Virus record (IMG/VR): IMGVR_UViG_3300010400_000006
Coordinates: 3,493 to 67,492 of that record
Direction: 5' to 3' (one strand)
DNA: 64,000 nt
DNA from: a virus
Both the position numbers and the translations under genes were made by a program. Positions 26,463 through 36,937 of the stretch are shown one piece after another; the stretch's first letter is position 1, and each line of letters opens with the position of its first letter. The notes beneath the pieces were generated by a model. It searched no databases and was not told the origin of the DNA. It saw nothing but the letters and a program-made list of their open reading frames with translations.

Positions 26463-26807
26463 TCAGTGATCTTCTTTTGCCTTGTCGAACTCGGCCTTTT
26501 CCCAGGCCAAGATGGATCTTGACCTTCGAAGTCCGTCTCGACGGAACGCCAGGTATCCCAGAAAGGTGATCCAGGAGACCAGAGAGGCAATCGAGACGAA
26601 CACAAGTCTTACGATGTCCTTGCCAACTCCGTCTGGGACCAACAAATACACAGCCGTAGCCGCGTACAACATGAAGGTCGGCAGAGCCATCGCGAAGAAG
26701 ACTCGACCTTCGCTGTGCTTCCACCACCTTGCAGTGATAGTATAAACTACCGGAAAGGCCAGGGCCGCTGGAGCACCGATCAGGTAGATGATCTGAATTG
26801 CATTCAC
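26463..26807 (-). CDS. holin-like protein (3 TM)
   Basis: ARWWKHSEGR motif, three hydrophobic segments. Confidence 0.7.
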   Translation of the reverse strand: MNAIQIIYLIGAPAALAFPVVYTITARWWKHSEGRVFFAMALPTFMLYAATAVYLLVPDGVGKDIVRLVFVSIASLVSWITFLGYLAFRRDGLRRSRSILAWEKAEFDKAKEDH

Positions 26808-27028
26808 TCTCGCAACCCCTTATGGATGCCCTGCGTCAATCGCGCCGCGAAGTGGTTTCTTCGCTGTAGCTCCCTTAGTCTACCCGCTAGGTCGAAAGCC
26901 TCCTTTTCTTGCTGGTTGGCCTTGTCCACCTCAATCCTGGATTCCAAAAGGATCTTTTCGGCCTTTTGAATCTGGACCTTAGCGTCTTCGATCTGGATCT
27001 TAGTCCTGCTCCAAGGCCATTTCCTCAT
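26804..27028 (-). CDS. lysis-cassette small coiled-coil protein
   Basis: MRKWPW...RRNHFA pattern. Confidence 0.65.
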   Translation of the reverse strand: MRKWPWSRTKIQIEDAKVQIQKAEKILLESRIEVDKANQQEKEAFDLAGRLRELQRRNHFAARLTQGIHKGLRE

Positions 27029-27312
27029 GTCTCACCTTCCGAGGTGTCGACAGTCGGCAAGGCGCGCACCATTTGCTCTACGGTTTTCGCCGATTCTATT
27101 TGTGCTGCAGTAGCGGATTTTCCTGTCTTCAGTGCCGATGCCAAGTTGGTGATCGTCTCCTCCTGCATGGAGATGATCTTGTCTCTGTCGGCCAGCCTGT
27201 CATTCATCGTTCTTCGGGGAATCAGTCTTCCCATGACGATCAACAACACGATGAATGTCAGTACACTCGCAGGACCCCAGTCCTTGACGAAGGGGAGTAG
27301 AGTGGGATCCAT
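27025..27312 (-). CDS. lysis-cassette membrane protein
   Basis: N-terminal TM then GRLIPRRT and coiled coil. Confidence 0.7.
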   Translation of the reverse strand: MDPTLLPFVKDWGPASVLTFIVLLIVMGRLIPRRTMNDRLADRDKIISMQEETITNLASALKTGKSATAAQIESAKTVEQMVRALPTVDTSEGET

Positions 27313-27330
27313 GTTTCCTCTTCCGAGTTA

Positions 27331-27582
27331 CTAAGCCAACTCGACCGTGCAGTTGTGCTCCGAGAAGTACGCGAGATTGTTGATGGCCCAGGAACCTGGC
27401 GAGTCCTTCGCCTCTGGACCAGCACAACTCATCAGCCAATCGCCAGTCACCCAGCCGCCGTACTCCTCGTCGGAGTCGGCCTGGTGCAACTGGTGTAGCA
27501 TGGTAGGGCTACCACTGTTGAGCCTGACCATCTGCCCCACCCAAGGTGCAACCTTGACGCGAAGTTCCTCCATTGTCGCCAT
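27331..27582 (-). CDS. hypothetical protein
   Basis: RBS AGGAG, 83 aa. Confidence 0.65.
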   Translation of the reverse strand: MATMEELRVKVAPWVGQMVRLNSGSPTMLHQLHQADSDEEYGGWVTGDWLMSCAGPEAKDSPGSWAINNLAYFSEHNCTVELA

Positions 27583-27589
27583 CTCGCTC

Positions 27590-28477
27590 CTAACCAAACA
27601 GGGGCTTGACGCTCAGGGATCGGAAGTCGAAGTTTCCAGTTCCCGAACCGATGCTGTGCTGCATGGTCACGGTCACCGAGGTTCCGACATTCAAGCCTGT
27701 CGCGATCCAGCTCAGTCCACGACGGTCCGTCGTGGTGTCAGAGACAGACAATGCCCGTTCATATGCCGATGCCACCGTGTTCCCGCCAGAAATCCGAGCG
27801 CTTGTCTGGGCCACCTGTCCTGCAGTGGTCGGGTACATGCGGCAAGCGATCGTGATCTCTAGCTTACCCGAAGGCGGAACTGTGCATGTAATTGCCAACG
27901 CGCTACCGGTAGCCAGAGTGTCCGTGAAAGTAGTTGACGTCGTGGTCCGGTTAGCAGCGTCAACAGCCTGCTGCGCGATCATGGTTGCGCTCTTGGAGTA
28001 GAACGCGTGATCCGTGGCCAGAGTCCCGATAAGATCACGGTACAAGTTGGTGTCCGGGGCGCTCGCTCCTCCCGGACCCCATTGCATCTTGCCGTCGAAG
28101 TCGATCTGGAAACCAGGATTTGCAGCTCCAGCCAGACGCGCATCGAGCAGGCGGTTTCCCGCCAGGGTCGCCGAGTTCACCAGCTCGGAACGCAGCAGGG
28201 CAGTGCTGCCGTTCGCAGTTTCAACGAGCATCGGACGCAGGCCCACCAACTGAGGCCGCCAACCGGTGCCCGTGATGTACGCGAAGAACGTGTCGGTGTC
28301 GGTCTGGTAGATGAGCTGGCCGTCCCACGGCGTGCCGGGGCGCGTAGCGAGCGTGCACGCGGTAACCTGGATATGCGTGTCGACGGTGTCAGCATTGAAG
28401 TTGGCATCGGCGATGTCGTAGAAGTCTGCGACGTTCGGCTTCCGCAGCCCGAGCTTCGTGGTGTATGTGGGTGCCAT
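27590..28477 (-). CDS. minor tail/fibre protein
   Basis: TTKLGLRKP, RPGTPWDGQLIYQTDT, WGPG..DTNLYR motifs. Confidence 0.8.
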   Translation of the reverse strand: MAPTYTTKLGLRKPNVADFYDIADANFNADTVDTHIQVTACTLATRPGTPWDGQLIYQTDTDTFFAYITGTGWRPQLVGLRPMLVETANGSTALLRSELVNSATLAGNRLLDARLAGAANPGFQIDFDGKMQWGPGGASAPDTNLYRDLIGTLATDHAFYSKSATMIAQQAVDAANRTTTSTTFTDTLATGSALAITCTVPPSGKLEITIACRMYPTTAGQVAQTSARISGGNTVASAYERALSVSDTTTDRRGLSWIATGLNVGTSVTVTMQHSIGSGTGNFDFRSLSVKPLFG

Positions 28478-29124
28478 TACCTCGAGTACCCTTCGGTGCT
28501 GACGGAGTTGTCCGTGTTGGGGTCTGCAGCCAGGGCGCGTTCCATGTTGACCAACGCCTGGGCCACGTGCGGATCTTGAGACTGCACGCCCTCGCGGTGC
28601 CGGTGCAGAATTACCTGCATGGACTTGAGCGCCAGATCTGCAGGATGCAGGTCAGTAAGTACTCGCATGGGATCAGCCGGATGCGGCTTTTTCCCGGAAG
28701 GCCGCGTACTCAATCGAAGCGCCAACTTGATACGAACGATCTCGGCCAGGTACCGCTTGCGCGCGATCTCCACGGTGTCTGCGTTCCAGAGATTCGGACC
28801 GTCGTGCCACCATTGCCGAGAGATGTATCCCTCGCACACCACGATGTCGATCAGCGTGTTGAGGTCGTCCCGAGGAATTCCGTACTCAGCCGCACGCCAG
28901 GCGAAACTGTCGATGGGCCTGATGATGATCACGTCACGCTCGTGGCCAACAGTCTCCATGAATGCCTCACGAACGCCATTCACCATCCGATAGGCCTCGC
29001 GTAGTTCATCCCCTTCCTCCAGGATCTCCCGGATGGCAATACGCCAGACTCCGTCCTTTTCTTCCCTGGTCGCGCTGTCGATGATTACCTTCACGAGAGG
29101 CTCCTTTCTTGTCCTGAATTGCAT
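28477..29124 (-). CDS. hypothetical tail-region protein
   Basis: 215 aa between minor tail genes; start uncertain. Confidence 0.7.
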   Translation of the reverse strand: MQFRTRKEPLVKVIIDSATREEKDGVWRIAIREILEEGDELREAYRMVNGVREAFMETVGHERDVIIIRPIDSFAWRAAEYGIPRDDLNTLIDIVVCEGYISRQWWHDGPNLWNADTVEIARKRYLAEIVRIKLALRLSTRPSGKKPHPADPMRVLTDLHPADLALKSMQVILHRHREGVQSQDPHVAQALVNMERALAADPNTDNSVSTEGYSR

Positions 29125-29139
29125 CGGATAGTTCCGGCC

Positions 29140-31977
29140 TCACAGATGACGGAACACCCAGTACCCATAGTGACCGTTTCGTGCGGCTGTGCCGTTTCCG
29201 ATAGTGAATCCGGTGAACGTGTCGTTATAGACGTTCACGACCGTGCCCGCCAACCAGCCCGTGTAGTCCGTCCACTGGGCGATCACCGTCATGTTAGACT
29301 GCATTGTTGCACCATATCCGATAACCGCAGCGCCACCGCCAGCTACGGCCCGGCCGACGTACAGCGCGCTGGCTCCGCCCTCATTGGCGTCCTTCTGGAA
29401 GTAGCCCTTCAGTGTGATCTCAGTGTTGGTGGTGATGCGAATGTACGCGTCGCTCCCAGACGGGAGGGAAATCCCGCACCACCAGTCAGTGTTCCTGTTC
29501 CATGTGAATCCACCGCTGCGGTCTCCGTTGGTGTCCAAACGCTCGGAGTTGGCGTTGTTGACGTCGGCGTTGAACCAGCCGCCCTTCATGTTACCCGTGC
29601 CGACTTCCGAGTACCCCAGGCGAGCTTGAGTATCGAACAGCCACAACGTAGTCTGTCGCGTTCCGCCTGTGGTCGTTCCGCTGTTGATGCCGATGGTCGG
29701 AGTTGCGGCGTTCGGAGCGTTGATGTAGGAGTACGCTGTGCCTGAGGTGGGGAAGAAGCGAATCTCCGGGATGTAACTGCCACCGGAAGCCTGGTTGATG
29801 ATCACACGGTTGCTTGACAGACCAGATTGCACCTGGCCCACAAACAGGGCGTCGGCTCCGTGGATGAAAGACTGCAGCACATTGCTGGCATCGTACTGTT
29901 CGATGCCCGTGTTGTTGATCTCAACGCGCTGGCCGGTCAGTGCCGTGGTGATTCTGGCCGCCATCAGAATCGCAGCACTGATCGTGCCAGCCGTGATCTT
30001 GCTAGCCGTCAGATCCGAGATGTGTGCACTATCCACCAACAGCGCAGTTGAGGAGACCGCCGTGCTCGGGCCGCTGGCATTGCCGGCATTGTCGACAGCG
30101 ATAACCTTGAAGTACACAGGACTGGCGTTGTCCAGATTGAATGTTCCAACAGCAGGAATCGAACCGAGGATCATGCCGGCGTTGGCGGGCAACCTGCCGA
30201 TCAGCGTGGTGTTATCGGGCGCGAAGATGCTAGTTGCGCCACCGTGCACCTCTAGGTGATGCAGGTCTAGGTCCAGATTGAATGTGCCGCCGCCAGAAAC
30301 ACCCAGATCATGTCGAACCTGCACAGCCAGTGTGCTAGCTGCTACGGACGGCGGAGCCGGAACGCTCGGCGGCAACGTGTCACCAGAGGTCTGGAAAACC
30401 TCGGTGGCACTCCAAGCACTGACGTTCGGCGGAACAGCCGCGTCAATCGCTCGAATCTGTGCCTCGTATGGCATGTTCGGAGGCAGATCCTGTAGCAGGT
30501 ATTCCAGCTGGTCCCAGCCGACCTGCATGTACTGCCAGTTGCCTGGGATGTAAGTGATAGGGGCACCATACGTGCCCGCAGCCAGTTGGGTGTGCGTGTA
30601 TCCCGCCATCGCGGCGTGCGTGACCGGAAACAACGGAGTGGCCGACGACCGGTACCTGAGCTCGAAGTGGTCGCCATCCAGGATCGTAGATCCATCAGTG
30701 TTGTCTGGACGGTCCCACGCCAACTGCACTTGTGCACGACTTTCGCCGTGGTCTGACTGGTACACCGCATAGCTGAACGGCGGGTTCCAAGTCGGCGCGG
30801 CTGGCACAGATGTGTCCGCAACCGGCCTGCTTCCGGCCGGACCGCCGTCTGCTGGGCCCACAAGCGCCCGGTTGTAGCCGCCAACCGTGAGCGTCGTGCT
30901 GCCGCCTTCGGGCAGCACATAGTCTGTCAGGTCGTACCAGACACCATCATTGTCCCGGAACGCCGCACTCATGCCGCCGCTAACCGGCCAGTTCAGCTCG
31001 GTCAGCTTGAGCTGCATGGGATACAGAACTTCGCCGTTGAAGTACACTTCATTCAGCGAGTTGATGACGCCGATCTCAGGGTCATACACATTGACATAGT
31101 CCCCGACCTCGACATCTCCGCTCACGTCGTATTCGGAAGTAGACAGCGTGATAGCATCGCGCGAACCGCTGAACCGGTTCAACTGGAGCTGTGCGCGTGC
31201 ATCTGCGTTCGTTGCGTCCGTAGTGGACTCAGAGATGATTCGAGTCCGCTTGACCGCATTGCCCCGGATGTCCTTGAACGGGTTGACCAGGATGTCCTTG
31301 GTGGCCGTAACCGTTGCAGCCTGCTCGCCCTCCGCCAAGAGCATGACACGCGATGTGAAGTCGTCTACGTCTGACTGCGTCCCCATGTCTCCCGCCAGGG
31401 CGCGGGCGAACATCTCCTGGCCAGAGCGGTTACGCAGCACATAGACCTTGGGGATCACGGTGAACAGGTCCGATTCGAGACCGGCGTCCAACGTGGCGTC
31501 ACCATTCACGCGCCATACGGCATCCAGTGTCTGGCAGACGTAGTCGATGGCCTTGCGACGAGTGACGTACTGGAAGCTTCCAGTGAATGTCTTGGCCAGG
31601 TTGAAGATGGTGCCCTCGGCCACAGCTCCGCCGACACCTGCGTTCGGAAGCAGAGTGCGAATCGTGTTCTGGAAGCTGGTGCCAGCGAAGGTCACCGGGG
31701 TCTCGAGAATGTCGCCCTTGTCCTCGGAATCTCCCAGCCAGACCGCCATTCCCTGGCCAGAGATGGCGTACGAGTCGGCCCCGTTGTCCCTGCCGAGATA
31801 AACGCCGGTATAACGGCCGGACCGAAGTAGCGCATCCCCGTGCGCAATGTTGAGACGACCCGTGTGGATAACAACGTGACCGAAGAACTTGAGTGCATCA
31901 AGGATGGACTTGGGTGTCGCAGGCGAAAGTGACAGACCCCAGGAGCCGAGCCCGCGGAGTGTCTCAACTACTGCCAT
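29140..31977 (-). CDS. large minor tail protein (Tal/host-specificity-like, FN3-like segments)
   Basis: 945 aa, second gene after tape measure; YEAQIRAID / YFKVIAVDNAGNAS, HISDLTASKITAGTI. Confidence 0.85.
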   Translation of the reverse strand: MAVVETLRGLGSWGLSLSPATPKSILDALKFFGHVVIHTGRLNIAHGDALLRSGRYTGVYLGRDNGADSYAISGQGMAVWLGDSEDKGDILETPVTFAGTSFQNTIRTLLPNAGVGGAVAEGTIFNLAKTFTGSFQYVTRRKAIDYVCQTLDAVWRVNGDATLDAGLESDLFTVIPKVYVLRNRSGQEMFARALAGDMGTQSDVDDFTSRVMLLAEGEQAATVTATKDILVNPFKDIRGNAVKRTRIISESTTDATNADARAQLQLNRFSGSRDAITLSTSEYDVSGDVEVGDYVNVYDPEIGVINSLNEVYFNGEVLYPMQLKLTELNWPVSGGMSAAFRDNDGVWYDLTDYVLPEGGSTTLTVGGYNRALVGPADGGPAGSRPVADTSVPAAPTWNPPFSYAVYQSDHGESRAQVQLAWDRPDNTDGSTILDGDHFELRYRSSATPLFPVTHAAMAGYTHTQLAAGTYGAPITYIPGNWQYMQVGWDQLEYLLQDLPPNMPYEAQIRAIDAAVPPNVSAWSATEVFQTSGDTLPPSVPAPPSVAASTLAVQVRHDLGVSGGGTFNLDLDLHHLEVHGGATSIFAPDNTTLIGRLPANAGMILGSIPAVGTFNLDNASPVYFKVIAVDNAGNASGPSTAVSSTALLVDSAHISDLTASKITAGTISAAILMAARITTALTGQRVEINNTGIEQYDASNVLQSFIHGADALFVGQVQSGLSSNRVIINQASGGSYIPEIRFFPTSGTAYSYINAPNAATPTIGINSGTTTGGTRQTTLWLFDTQARLGYSEVGTGNMKGGWFNADVNNANSERLDTNGDRSGGFTWNRNTDWWCGISLPSGSDAYIRITTNTEITLKGYFQKDANEGGASALYVGRAVAGGGAAVIGYGATMQSNMTVIAQWTDYTGWLAGTVVNVYNDTFTGFTIGNGTAARNGHYGYWVFRHL

Positions 31978-33182
31978 CAGCGTCGCACCCCCTGCACCAT
32001 TTCAGACGGAGTTCCTAGGTACTGCTTGAACAGCTCCAGACCGGTGTCACCAGTTGGAGCGCCAGTAATCTGGACGCCAATGAACGCATCCAAAACCGCT
32101 GTCGCTGCCTTGCTGATACCACCTCCGACGTTGTCGGCGGTAAACGACTTGGCCGAGCCGATCACGAACTTGTTGCCGGCACCGTCCGCTGCGGTCGCTG
32201 TCAGATATCCTGTGCTAGCCATGCTGGCCTCAGCGGCACTACGGACCAGCTTCAGCGTGGTTCCGAACAGGTGCTGCACGTAGATTTCCAGAAACCTGGA
32301 TCCACGGCGAAGAGAGAAGTCCACGGTGACGCGGCCGGGCGTCAACGTCCTGGTGATTCGGACCGTGATCATCTCGAAGTCATTTCGAACTACTCGTGCG
32401 TAGTCCGGCACTCCTAGGCTGACTGCCGGTCCGGTGCTGTGGAACAATTCCCACAGCTTGGACTGCCAGGCTCCGCCGGTCCAGGCCGAGATGTTGAACA
32501 GTCCGGTGGTGCTGTCGATGGACATCTTGACCAGTCCGTTATCGATGGACCAGCCATTGGGCGTGAGATTGAAGCTGGCGGCCGAGCGCTCGAAGCCGTT
32601 GGTGTCAACGATCCTGCACCGTCCTGCCAGATACCCAGCCACACTAGACCCCCAGCGAGGATTGGTGGTGAGTCCGATTCCCCGATAGACGGTTTGTGCT
32701 CCGTAGCTGCCGGTGCGAGTGACGATGGTTGGAGCCGAGTTTCCCGCCCAGTAGGCATTGTGGCCGACAGCTGGTGCATGCCAGCGCTCTCCTGTCTGGG
32801 AGTGGTCATTCACGCGGGTCAGCGGGCCGGAAAGTCGCGACTCGACGTCGATCTCGGAAGCGTACCCGGCGCGCGTCAGCATCATGTGCCACGGCATCAC
32901 ACCGAGGTTCTCTGGCATCCAGACGTCGTATGAGCAGTCGGCGCTGTCCACGAAGTAGAACCCGTCCAGCTCTGGCTTGTGGCTGAACTGGCACGGGAGC
33001 ATCTGGCCGATCAGGCCAATCGTGTCATCGCGCCGAATCGACAATGCCTCACGGGTCACGCGCGGCATTGACTCCTGTCCAGACAAGTCCAGGGATGTCC
33101 CGAAACTGCTCGGCGAGATCCCCACCGAGGAATCCTCTCGGAAGGCTAGGCGGCCAATCTGGATTTGGCCGAACGCTGCCAT
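31977..33182 (-). CDS. minor tail protein (distal-tail position)
   Basis: directly after tape measure. Confidence 0.75.
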   Translation of the reverse strand: MAAFGQIQIGRLAFREDSSVGISPSSFGTSLDLSGQESMPRVTREALSIRRDDTIGLIGQMLPCQFSHKPELDGFYFVDSADCSYDVWMPENLGVMPWHMMLTRAGYASEIDVESRLSGPLTRVNDHSQTGERWHAPAVGHNAYWAGNSAPTIVTRTGSYGAQTVYRGIGLTTNPRWGSSVAGYLAGRCRIVDTNGFERSAASFNLTPNGWSIDNGLVKMSIDSTTGLFNISAWTGGAWQSKLWELFHSTGPAVSLGVPDYARVVRNDFEMITVRITRTLTPGRVTVDFSLRRGSRFLEIYVQHLFGTTLKLVRSAAEASMASTGYLTATAADGAGNKFVIGSAKSFTADNVGGGISKAATAVLDAFIGVQITGAPTGDTGLELFKQYLGTPSEMVQGVRR

Positions 33183-36100
33183 CAGGCACTCTCCTTGTCC
33201 ACCGAAGCGATACCGTCCTTGACAGCAACCATAGTCTTCCGCCAGGCCACCGGGTCGGTCGGGTCAAGGTTCGAGTTGATGGGCACTTCAACCTTCTCAA
33301 TATTAACCACGGTACCGCCCGCGCTACCCCCGCTAGCGACGGCCGTTGCCGGGGCTGTAGGGGCTGCTAGGCCCGTTGCCGGGTCAGTTACGGCGGAAGC
33401 CGCGTTCGTAATAACGCCAACGTTCGTCGAGGTGCTCAGGGCACTGGAGGCGCTCGCGATCTCCTTGCCGGCCACGTCAATTCCGTTGGCGATCTGGGTG
33501 GTCAGACCCTGCATGAATCCGATGATCACCGAGCGCTTGGACTCGAGACCAACAAGCAGACCACCGATGATGGCCTCGCCAGCCGGGATCAGCAGTCGCC
33601 TGTCATAGGGGATCGGACCCTTGTTGGCCTTGATCCAGTCGGTGACGCCACCAACAAAGTTCTCTACTGCCTTCCACTTCTCCTGTAGTCCGTTGAGGAA
33701 GCCTTGGATGATCGCCCGGCCTGCATCGGCCAGCAAGTTCCAGACGTCACCGAGCGCACCCAGGATCTTTCCGGGCAGAGATCCGAACCAGTCCTTGATC
33801 GCATTGACGCCATCGCTGATGGTGCTGTTGATGGAATTCCACAGGTCATTCCACCACCCGATGATGGGGTCGAACAGTTCGTGGAATGCCTGCACCGCAA
33901 GGTTGACGCCCCACATCACCTTTTCGGTGATTGCATTCCATGCATCAGAAGCCACACCAGAGATGCTATCCCAAATACCGGACCACCAGTCGGAAGCAAC
34001 GGTGATGACGGAGTTCCAGTATTCCACGAATGCGTCCAGCTTCTGCTGGAACCAATCGGTGAATAGCGTCCAGGCCGTGGTGGCGGCGTCAGATATCCCA
34101 CCCCAGAATCCATTCCACCATTCGATGATGGGATCGAAGATCATGTGGATTCCGATGACGAATCGGTTCCAGATGTCTGTGATCCAGGCCAAGAAGCCTT
34201 CCCAGATCAGCTTCCCCAGGGCCACCAGGCTTTCGAACATGTCCTTGAAGAACTTGTAGATCACGAAAATCCACGTCGTGAACACGTCGTAGACGATGTT
34301 CCAGATGCTCTTGAAGATCTCGACAATGGGCTCCCAGATGAACCGGGTAGCCTCAACAATCGAGTTCCAGATTCCCGACAGGAAGTCGACAATCTTGTTC
34401 CAGGCGCCCTTGGTGAACGCCACAATCTCATCCCAGTACTGAATGATCAGACCAGGCACAGAGAAGTTCATGAACACCCAGACGATGGCGTCCCACACGC
34501 CCTTGAGGAAGTCCAGGATCCAGTCCCAGGCAGTCTTGAATGCATCCACCACAGCATCCCAGATGCCCGTGAAGAACTCCGTAATCGAGTTCCAGACCTT
34601 CTCGGCCGTCTCCTTGATCCAGGCCCACACCTTTCCTAGGAACTCGCTGATCTTATCCCAGTTGGCGATGATCAGGATAACCAGAAGAATGACCGCTGCA
34701 ATGATGATGGTCCACGGGCTGACCGCGAACACAAACTGCAGGATCTTCCAGGCTGTGGTCACGATCGTGATCGCGGTCCGGAACAGCGTGAAAACTCCGA
34801 CCAGAAGCTTGACGCCACCGATGATCGGTCCAATGATGAACATCAGAGCCTTGCCGGCAATGCCAAGACCGAGGAAGAACCCGACGATCGGGCCAAGCAC
34901 CGGCCCCAGATCGTGCAGTACTTCCGCGACGCCCCGGATGATCGGAGCCAGAATCTTAATGGCTCCCACCAGTGTGTCGCCGATGGCATTCGCGATCTCT
35001 ACCAGAACCGGCTGCAGTTCCTTCAGGATCGGCAGCAGCTCAACGATAGCGGTGCCCAGGACGTTCTTGAACATGTCCGACAGGACAGTCAAGGTGTCGA
35101 CCAGAGTGTGCAGAATATCCTGGCCCTCGGCGGACTTCAGGAAGTCACGAACCGCGTCTGCCGCCAGGTTGAGCGTCAGCAGGACATTGCCGCCCTCTTC
35201 ACCGCTGAAGGCATCGAAGATGATTCCGAGGCTCTGTCCGACCGAAACCAGCAAGCCGATGAACAACTTGAAGCCTGCGATGCCGTTTTCGATCCAGGCC
35301 AACATGGAGCCGTCTTCGCGCATGCGCGTAGTGATGTCAGCGAAGCTCTGCGCGAACATGGCAGAGCCGTCTGTGAGGTTCGTGAATGCCTGTGTGGCCA
35401 CAACAGCGATGTTCAACAGGCCCGTCAAGAATGGCTGCACCGAAGCTTTGAGGTTCGATAGCCACTGCGCGGTCAACTGGAACAGTGTGTTGATGTCTGC
35501 GATAGTCTTTTCGGTGCCGAGGAACCCGGCGAACTCACGGACGATCCCATTCAGCTCACCGGCAACCAGAACCAGACCGTTACGCAGGACCGGAATGTAC
35601 TTAGCTCCGAGGTCCTTGACGTCTCCCGCCAGATCCTGGAAGAGCCGCTCCTGGACCGCCTTCTGCATCTCCTTGAGAGCAGGGATAAGCGTGCGAACCT
35701 CTCGCAGCGTCTGCTGTGCAGCAGGAGCGAGGTTCGCGATCGCCTTCTCGAACTTTTCAGTGTCCTCACCGAGCGCCTTGATGCCTTCCTTGATGCCCTT
35801 CAGTCCGACCTGCAGCGTGATGGCTGCGATGCCGAAAGCCACCAGAGCACCTGGCAGCACGCCGACGACCCCGAGCATTTCCTTCAGCGCCGCAAGTAGA
35901 ATGCCGACGACCTTGACCACGCCGAGGATCGCGAACGAGCCCGCGCCGATCTTCAGGATGCCGGCTGCAAGAGCGAATGCCACCTTGACGCCGCTGCGAA
36001 CGGTGGAAATCAGCACACCGATTCCAAGCGCGATCCTGGCGATACGATGGATCGGATCTCCGAGCCGGTCTACAGACTCCCCAACCTGCCGAATGCTCGG

Positions 36101-36652
36101 AATGAAGCCGGCCAGCCGCTGCAGTTGTCCTGCCAGGCTGGGGAAGGTGGCCGCCAGACGCTGCACAATTGCGGTGCTACCTACGAACCGTCCGATCGCC
36201 ACGAACACCGAGTTCAGCAACTTGCTGCTGCCCGCGAAGATGGTGATGGCGGAAGACAGCAGGATAATCTGCTTGATGATGTTCGGGAATCCCTGTACGC
36301 TCTTCGGTAGTCCGCCGAGGGTCAGCGACAACGCTCCCAGGATTCCTGACGAACCTCGCAGGGCAAAGATGCCTCCCGCCAAGGTTCCGGTGGCGCGCGA
36401 GAGCCCCAGCAGAATCGCGCTGCCACCAGCCATGATGGCGAAGGTCTTCGAGTACTGGCCGGCACTCTCACCGAACGAACGACTGTTGCTAGAGATGGCC
36501 GTGGTCAGTCGACCCAGCATGCCGATCAGGGCCTTGGCGTGCCCCTCCAGACTCTCCATGTCCTTCTGGGAAGCCTTGGCGCCCTTGTCGTCGTACTCCA
36601 GTACGATCTTGCCGTGCGCCCTGCCCAGGTCATAGTCGGCTATCGGACCCAC
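33182..36652 (-). CDS. tape measure protein
   Basis: 1156 aa, Ala/Gly-rich helices, periodic W/F repeats, KGPIPYDRRLLIPAG. Confidence 0.93.
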   Translation of the reverse strand: MGPIADYDLGRAHGKIVLEYDDKGAKASQKDMESLEGHAKALIGMLGRLTTAISSNSRSFGESAGQYSKTFAIMAGGSAILLGLSRATGTLAGGIFALRGSSGILGALSLTLGGLPKSVQGFPNIIKQIILLSSAITIFAGSSKLLNSVFVAIGRFVGSTAIVQRLAATFPSLAGQLQRLAGFIPSIRQVGESVDRLGDPIHRIARIALGIGVLISTVRSGVKVAFALAAGILKIGAGSFAILGVVKVVGILLAALKEMLGVVGVLPGALVAFGIAAITLQVGLKGIKEGIKALGEDTEKFEKAIANLAPAAQQTLREVRTLIPALKEMQKAVQERLFQDLAGDVKDLGAKYIPVLRNGLVLVAGELNGIVREFAGFLGTEKTIADINTLFQLTAQWLSNLKASVQPFLTGLLNIAVVATQAFTNLTDGSAMFAQSFADITTRMREDGSMLAWIENGIAGFKLFIGLLVSVGQSLGIIFDAFSGEEGGNVLLTLNLAADAVRDFLKSAEGQDILHTLVDTLTVLSDMFKNVLGTAIVELLPILKELQPVLVEIANAIGDTLVGAIKILAPIIRGVAEVLHDLGPVLGPIVGFFLGLGIAGKALMFIIGPIIGGVKLLVGVFTLFRTAITIVTTAWKILQFVFAVSPWTIIIAAVILLVILIIANWDKISEFLGKVWAWIKETAEKVWNSITEFFTGIWDAVVDAFKTAWDWILDFLKGVWDAIVWVFMNFSVPGLIIQYWDEIVAFTKGAWNKIVDFLSGIWNSIVEATRFIWEPIVEIFKSIWNIVYDVFTTWIFVIYKFFKDMFESLVALGKLIWEGFLAWITDIWNRFVIGIHMIFDPIIEWWNGFWGGISDAATTAWTLFTDWFQQKLDAFVEYWNSVITVASDWWSGIWDSISGVASDAWNAITEKVMWGVNLAVQAFHELFDPIIGWWNDLWNSINSTISDGVNAIKDWFGSLPGKILGALGDVWNLLADAGRAIIQGFLNGLQEKWKAVENFVGGVTDWIKANKGPIPYDRRLLIPAGEAIIGGLLVGLESKRSVIIGFMQGLTTQIANGIDVAGKEIASASSALSTSTNVGVITNAASAVTDPATGLAAPTAPATAVASGGSAGGTVVNIEKVEVPINSNLDPTDPVAWRKTMVAVKDGIASVDKESA

Positions 36653-36658
36653 CCCCTT

Positions 36659-36937
36659 CTATCTGGCTCCAGCGGGGTCCCGGTAGAAGCCCTTGGCGCT
36701 GGGTGTTGCAAGCCATCTTGCGAGAACCATCTGACGTTTGTTGGCTGCGACCTTGGGATTCTTGACGCCTTCGCCAGCTCGCTCGATCTCGCCCTGGAGG
36801 GTTGATCCGAAAGTCCAAACTGCCTTGTCGAAATAGTACCGGCGGATGGTGCCGGTCACTTCCATCAGGTCACTCGGCCTCGTCCTCAGATCCTGGCTCA
36901 TCTGCCACAGCTGCCAGACCCTCGGAGCGCTCCTCAC
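36659..36937 (-). CDS. tail assembly chaperone, downstream (frameshift) ORF
   Basis: overlaps the chaperone 3' end in the +1 frame; precedes tape measure. Confidence 0.75.
   Translation of the reverse strand: MRSAPRVWQLWQMSQDLRTRPSDLMEVTGTIRRYYFDKAVWTFGSTLQGEIERAGEGVKNPKVAANKRQMVLARWLATPSAKGFYRDPAGAR

Noticed and set aside
34443-36635. 730-aa plus-strand ORF (and others such as 49..1329, 10438..11679, 36846..38399, 42041..43651)
   Set aside because: Antisense shadows of well-supported minus-strand genes in high-GC DNA; no motifs
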